Shown: positions 60,077 through 64,000 of the stretch, piece by piece | How the letters are laid out: the number at the start of each line of letters is the position of its first letter | Numbering within the stretch: the first letter of the stretch is position 1 | Source: a virus | IMG/VR virus record: IMGVR_UViG_3300036406_001149 | Direction: 5' to 3' (one strand) | DNA: 64,000 nt | Position numbers and translations under genes: made by a program | The notes under the pieces: model-generated | The model's input: the letters and a program-made list of their open reading frames with translations, nothing else | The model's database searches: none | Told to the model about the DNA's origin: nothing

Positions 60077-60092
60077 AATATTATTACACCAA
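60077..60092 (-). promoter_or_regulatory. Candidate phage promoter motif TTGGTGTAATAATATT
   Basis: Near-copy of 62695..62709; 31 nt upstream of a start codon. Confidence 0.35.
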
Positions 60093-60123
60093 CTGCCATC
60101 CCTGATTATTTGCTCAGATTGTT

Positions 60124-61047
60124 TTATAGGTAATCTTCAAAACCATAGCTTGGTAGTTTTTGTAGTGGAAAACCGTCAAATCCACTAAAAGCATAGGAAC
60201 CATTGGCCGATAACATTCCAGCAGCAGCATCAGCATGAATTAAAAATGAACCGTCTGGAATTGGACCCCATTCTGGGTGTCCACCATCATTCCATTTCCC
60301 CCAGCTATTTTGCACAAGAAATGCTGGCTCACTTCCAGTATCGTCACAAGCTATCCAAGCCATGCAATGAGCCCAATTGCCTGATGTTCTAGCAAATCCC
60401 CTTTTATCTCTAGTATTACTAAAGCCATAATTAGAACATACTGCTAATCCATAACCGTTAGCAAGAGCATCTCTAGCTTCTTCTACTGTTCGTATTAATG
60501 AAGCTGTCTTTATCTGGTGATCGTTAGAAAGGTCTAATACTTTATCTGGAAGACCTCTACCACCCCATCCGGCTCCCAAATTACCATTATACTTACTAAA
60601 ATCTACAAAACCATAATTTTTTCTAACAACAATACCTCCGACCTTGCTAACAAATTCTGCTGCTCTAGCACAACTCATGCCCTGACCAGAAAATCCACGA
60701 TAACCATAAATAGCTTCTGTTGCTCCTTTTGCTATCCAATCCTCTCTCTCGTTATGTATATCTATTTCTACTGCTCTCGTAACATCACAAGCGTTTCGTG
60801 TTCCATGGCTCACACAATCTCCAGTGGTTTGTCTTTCATTGTAAGGATGCTTATCAAACTTTAACACACTCTTGTATGGTGTTGAAAGCTTCCCTTTGCC
60901 ACTACCGCTAATTCTTTTGCTAGCATCACCAAATAATGGATACTTGGAAGTTTCCATCAAATGATCATATACATGCTGCTCCCATACGCAGCCACTAAAT
61001 CCTTTACGATAATTATCATATAATTCTTTTGGAGATAGTCTAGGCAT
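60124..61047 (-). CDS. Papain-like (C1-family) cysteine peptidase
   Basis: Q-x3-DCVSHG (catalytic Cys), HCMAWIA (His), QNSWG (Asn). Confidence 0.85.
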   Translation of the reverse strand: MPRLSPKELYDNYRKGFSGCVWEQHVYDHLMETSKYPLFGDASKRISGSGKGKLSTPYKSVLKFDKHPYNERQTTGDCVSHGTRNACDVTRAVEIDIHNEREDWIAKGATEAIYGYRGFSGQGMSCARAAEFVSKVGGIVVRKNYGFVDFSKYNGNLGAGWGGRGLPDKVLDLSNDHQIKTASLIRTVEEARDALANGYGLAVCSNYGFSNTRDKRGFARTSGNWAHCMAWIACDDTGSEPAFLVQNSWGKWNDGGHPEWGPIPDGSFLIHADAAAGMLSANGSYAFSGFDGFPLQKLPSYGFEDYL

Positions 61048-61538
61048 TATTTTGATCCCATATTACAAGCCCAAGCTAAAGCATTAAGACCTTCTACAGC
61101 TTTGGCTCTTAGCTCTTTGGATAAAAGAATTTGATCATCACCAATAGAAGCTACTACTACTTCTTTTGCTTCTTTGGCTAGATCAGGATACTTACCCTTA
61201 ATATCTAGCCTAAGCATAACACCAGCCAAACTATTGGCTTGACGAATTTCTTCTGTGTTTTTAACTACTTCGTTTTCTCCGTCAAGCTCAACAAGCTTTG
61301 CCAAATCCATATACAAATCTCTTAATCTTCTAGCGTCTGCTTTAGCCCCAGCTTCTTTTAGAACTGTAACGACATCTTCTGCTTCTTTTTTAAGAGCTTC
61401 ATCTGTTGGTGTCGGTAATTCTAAAACGTCTACTGATACTGGTTTGTTTGGACCAAGAATATTTGAAAACTCTGGCTTGAGCAAACCAACAAAGATTAAT
61501 AAGATAGCTAATCCTAGTAATATATTTTTTTGGTTCAT
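61047..61538 (-). CDS. Hypothetical membrane-anchored protein
   Basis: N-terminal TM (ILLGLAILLIFVGLL), helical soluble domain. Confidence 0.6.
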   Translation of the reverse strand: MNQKNILLGLAILLIFVGLLKPEFSNILGPNKPVSVDVLELPTPTDEALKKEAEDVVTVLKEAGAKADARRLRDLYMDLAKLVELDGENEVVKNTEEIRQANSLAGVMLRLDIKGKYPDLAKEAKEVVVASIGDDQILLSKELRAKAVEGLNALAWACNMGSK

Positions 61539-61927
61539 GATACCTTATCCTCATTCGGTTTTTGCTTACATACATTTGGACTTAAAAATGGAAACATTTG
61601 ATCAGCAACTTTAACGGCTTCAGAACAACCGCTCTGAACAGCTAAGTCACGAGTTTGTTTCCATGAAACCACTAATTTAAAAAAGGTATCTTCAACATCA
61701 GTTCCCTTTGGAACAACTACTGGGGATACTGAAGGTACTGTAACCACTGGTAACGCAGACCCACCCGTACCCTTGAACCTATCGACTAAACCCATAAGGA
61801 GTTTTTGTACTGGACTAAGTTTGTCCTTAAACAAAACCCATAGTACAATACCAACACCGGCATAAAGAGCCAAATCCGTTGTGCTCAGTTTACTACTAAA
61901 TTCTTGAAAGCTCTCTGTAAAATTCAT
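61535..61927 (-). CDS. Hypothetical membrane protein
   Basis: Likely start MNFTESF (61927; track 62011); TM LALYAGVGIVLWVLF. Confidence 0.6.
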   Translation of the reverse strand: MNFTESFQEFSSKLSTTDLALYAGVGIVLWVLFKDKLSPVQKLLMGLVDRFKGTGGSALPVVTVPSVSPVVVPKGTDVEDTFFKLVVSWKQTRDLAVQSGCSEAVKVADQMFPFLSPNVCKQKPNEDKVS

Positions 61928-61937
61928 TTTATTTTCC

Positions 61938-62363
61938 TTATTTATCTGACACTTTTGGAGTATTATCAACGACAGAATCAACTTTAGCGCTTGGATCAAC
62001 AAAAATTCCACTATTTCTAAACGTAGTAACTAAAGCATCAATAGTGGCACTAACCAAAAGCATGAGAATCTGTTTCACATACTTCTGTATAATAGGCTGT
62101 AGAATCTGTGGCACAAATGGAAAATTTATTATTGTAAATACTTGATCATAAAAGTTAGAGATCATAGTCATAGCCAGTGTTTTTTTATCAGCCCCCTTAA
62201 GTGAGGGACTATTGTTCTCTATGCTTTGAATAACTTCTGCTGTAGCTAGTTGCAAAATATTCCATGCTTGTGGTACTGCTACTGCTTTTGCGCTTTTAAG
62301 AATTTCTTTAGCTTTAATTACTAGATCTCCAAGATCATTTACTGACAGGTTTTGGGTTTGCAT
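61938..62363 (-). CDS. Hypothetical protein
   Basis: 141 aa amphipathic helical protein. Confidence 0.55.
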   Translation of the reverse strand: MQTQNLSVNDLGDLVIKAKEILKSAKAVAVPQAWNILQLATAEVIQSIENNSPSLKGADKKTLAMTMISNFYDQVFTIINFPFVPQILQPIIQKYVKQILMLLVSATIDALVTTFRNSGIFVDPSAKVDSVVDNTPKVSDK

Positions 62364-62673
62364 TTTTCTTTCTCTTTTTTCTTAATGGTTGACTATTCTT
62401 TTTATTAGCTTCTTTTCTTTCTTCTGGGGTTGCTGTATTCCACCAAGTCTTTTTAAGGTCTGTTCTCCCCTTAACGTATTTGAATAGCACAGTAAGCTGA
62501 CCAATAATCAAAATTGTAGCTTCTAAGCCTCTACTAGTTTCTTGGATCAAGTCTTCTTTTTGAGTATTGCTATCTAATAGTCCTATTAAATATAAGCCAC
62601 TAAATAAGAAACTCACTAATGTAAACCAAAATTCACTAGTTCTATAACCGGGTTTAACCATTTTAGTCTCCAA
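62335..62673 (-). CDS. Holin-like membrane protein
   Basis: KPGYRTSEFW N-terminal motif, two hydrophobic segments, basic C-terminal tail. Confidence 0.55.
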   Translation of the reverse strand: METKMVKPGYRTSEFWFTLVSFLFSGLYLIGLLDSNTQKEDLIQETSRGLEATILIIGQLTVLFKYVKGRTDLKKTWWNTATPEERKEANKKNSQPLRKKRKKNANPKPVSK

Positions 62674-62694
62674 TTAAAGATAAAATTAGACCAG

Positions 62695-62709
62695 AATATA
62701 ATACACCAA
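62695..62709 (-). promoter_or_regulatory. Candidate phage promoter motif TTGGTGTATTATATT
   Basis: Intergenic, 34 nt upstream of ATG 62661; near-copy of 60077..60092. Confidence 0.35.
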
Positions 62710-62715
62710 TTAGTA

Positions 62716-63336
62716 TTATGCGTTTTGATCAACAAATCCGAAACAAACTGTGCAATAGTTTTCACTAACAGTATAATTGAAAGTCACAGTGGTTACAGTT
62801 CCATCTATTCGAATTATATTGTATCCTTCTTCTCCAGTAAACTGAGAATATTGAGTAGCATTTACTGGATTTTGATATGTTGTAAGTGTTTCCCATATTG
62901 GAGTAAATGGTGCTGATACTTGTACAGGAACTGGAGTACCTCCCTGTCCAACGCTAGCAAATGCGACTAATGCATTATTAACGGGTTGACTGAAAGTTGC
63001 AGTAAAGATACCTGCTTGAGTATTTTTAATTTGAGTTCCACTAAGTGGTACTCCGTAAGCTTCGGGAAAGGTTGTGCCACCAACCATGCCAGTATGAGCA
63101 TCCATACCTCCACCAGTTTGTGTGATTGAGATCGTGATATTGTTCTGACCAATTCCAGAAGCAGTACTGGAAGTAACAGAACCTATATTCATCCACTGAA
63201 ACCCAGAACTACCAAAACCTGTTTTTTCAAAAACTAAATTATTTCCTAAAAATGCTTTAGAAATATCTATATTCCCTAATTTAATAGAAGTTATATTAGA
63301 GTCACTTAAAAATATATCACTGTTTACTGTTGGCAT
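62716..63336 (-). CDS. Tail-fibre/receptor-binding-like protein
   Basis: N-terminal IKLGNIDISKAFLGNNLVF motif common in fibre accessory proteins, followed by a Gly/Thr-rich beta domain. Confidence 0.5.
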   Translation of the reverse strand: MPTVNSDIFLSDSNITSIKLGNIDISKAFLGNNLVFEKTGFGSSGFQWMNIGSVTSSTASGIGQNNITISITQTGGGMDAHTGMVGGTTFPEAYGVPLSGTQIKNTQAGIFTATFSQPVNNALVAFASVGQGGTPVPVQVSAPFTPIWETLTTYQNPVNATQYSQFTGEEGYNIIRIDGTVTTVTFNYTVSENYCTVCFGFVDQNA

Positions 63337-63344
63337 ACAAACTT

Positions 63345-63605
63345 TTAACCCCTAATGATATATAAGGTATTAGCGTCTTTTGTAGCGAGATTGTCGTAGT
63401 TGCTTTGAGAAATGCTAATCATGTTTGTGATACGAACAGAATTACTAACTAAACTAGTGTTACTTTGAACTAAACCAGAATGAAGAACAGATACTGAGAC
63501 CTTTTTTGTCAAAGCAGATCCTGATGGGTCATCCATAATTAAAAATATATCATCGCTAGTTAAACCACTAGCTGCTGGAAATTCATTAATACGTTGTATA
63601 CTCAT
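63345..63605 (-). CDS. Small tail-fibre-associated protein
   Basis: RINEFPAASGLTSDDIF...TKKV N-terminus and ISQSNYDNLATKDANTLYII C-terminus, both typical of fibre modules. Confidence 0.55.
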   Translation of the reverse strand: MSIQRINEFPAASGLTSDDIFLIMDDPSGSALTKKVSVSVLHSGLVQSNTSLVSNSVRITNMISISQSNYDNLATKDANTLYIIRG

Positions 63606-63818
63606 TTAACCACCTATTACTGTTTGGTCGCCAACTAATTGAACAAAAATACCATTATAGAATCTATTATCGTATTTATCTTCAATATCACTAATCGTTG
63701 GAGTATTTTTAACATATGTGTCTATTGTGGAATACTCTCCGGCAACTGTTGTTGTAACAACTGTTGTTCCGTTTTTTATCTGATTACCACTAATTGCTTT
63801 ATTTATATCGTTTGCCAT
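63606..63818 (-). CDS. Small hypothetical virion protein
   Basis: 70 aa intact ORF abutting neighbours. Confidence 0.5.
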   Translation of the reverse strand: MANDINKAISGNQIKNGTTVVTTTVAGEYSTIDTYVKNTPTISDIEDKYDNRFYNGIFVQLVGDQTVIGG

Positions 63819-63827
63819 AAAATTAAA

Positions 63828-63998
63828 TTACCTTTCTATTCTATCTTCTAGTGCTTCTAAAGTTTTGCCTAACATAGCAATTTGAACCTTTAATTCGTTC
63901 ATAACTTCTGTATTTCTTTGTAAAGCAGCAGCGAAAGCTGCTTGACTTTCTTTTCCACTATTTAATCTTTCCATAATAAATTGTCTATCATGAACATA
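63828..63998 (-). CDS. Coiled-coil protein, 5-prime partial (not in ORF track)
   Basis: ...YVHDRQFIMERLNSGKESQAAFAAALQRNTEVMNELKVQIAMLGKTLEALEDRIER*; open to the window edge. Confidence 0.65.
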   Translation of the reverse strand, partial: YVHDRQFIMERLNSGKESQAAFAAALQRNTEVMNELKVQIAMLGKTLEALEDRIER

Positions 63999-64000
63999 TG

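Overview
AT-rich, densely packed segment of a large dsDNA bacteriophage genome (standard code 11; no tRNA, rRNA, CRISPR array, integrase or transposase seen). 1-7.8 kb (+): two very large Cys-rich, Tyr/Trp/Gly-loop virion-like proteins (the first is open to the window edge) and a small Cys-motif protein. Everything from 7.7 kb to the right edge is on the minus strand. 7.7-10.5 kb: YfaP-like membrane protein, probable annealing protein, endonuclease. 10.5-17.2 kb: eight-gene block of two GT4 glycosyltransferases plus six degenerate GT/nucleotidyltransferase/methyltransferase-like genes. 17.3-35.6 kb: replication/recombination/nucleotide module (SSB, DnaE split into two intein-less genes with a DEDDh exonuclease between them, Cas4-like nuclease, dNMP kinase, primase, DnaB, RecA, HNH, PhoH, class II RNR, dCMP deaminase). 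35.7-58.8 kb: 28-gene glycan-modification island (GTs, 7 methyltransferases, 2 DegT aminotransferases, FdtA-like cupin, NeuA, pyruvyl-, acetyl- and sulfotransferase-like genes, 2 RgpF-like genes). Its intergenic gaps are filled with gene heads and tails, a junction element recurring four times, a 61-bp exact duplicate and a (CAAAA)6 tract, i.e. a locus under active cassette-like reshuffling. 58.9-64 kb: membrane proteins, papain-like peptidase, holin-like and tail-fibre-like genes. All functional calls are from motif recognition by eye; no database search was run.
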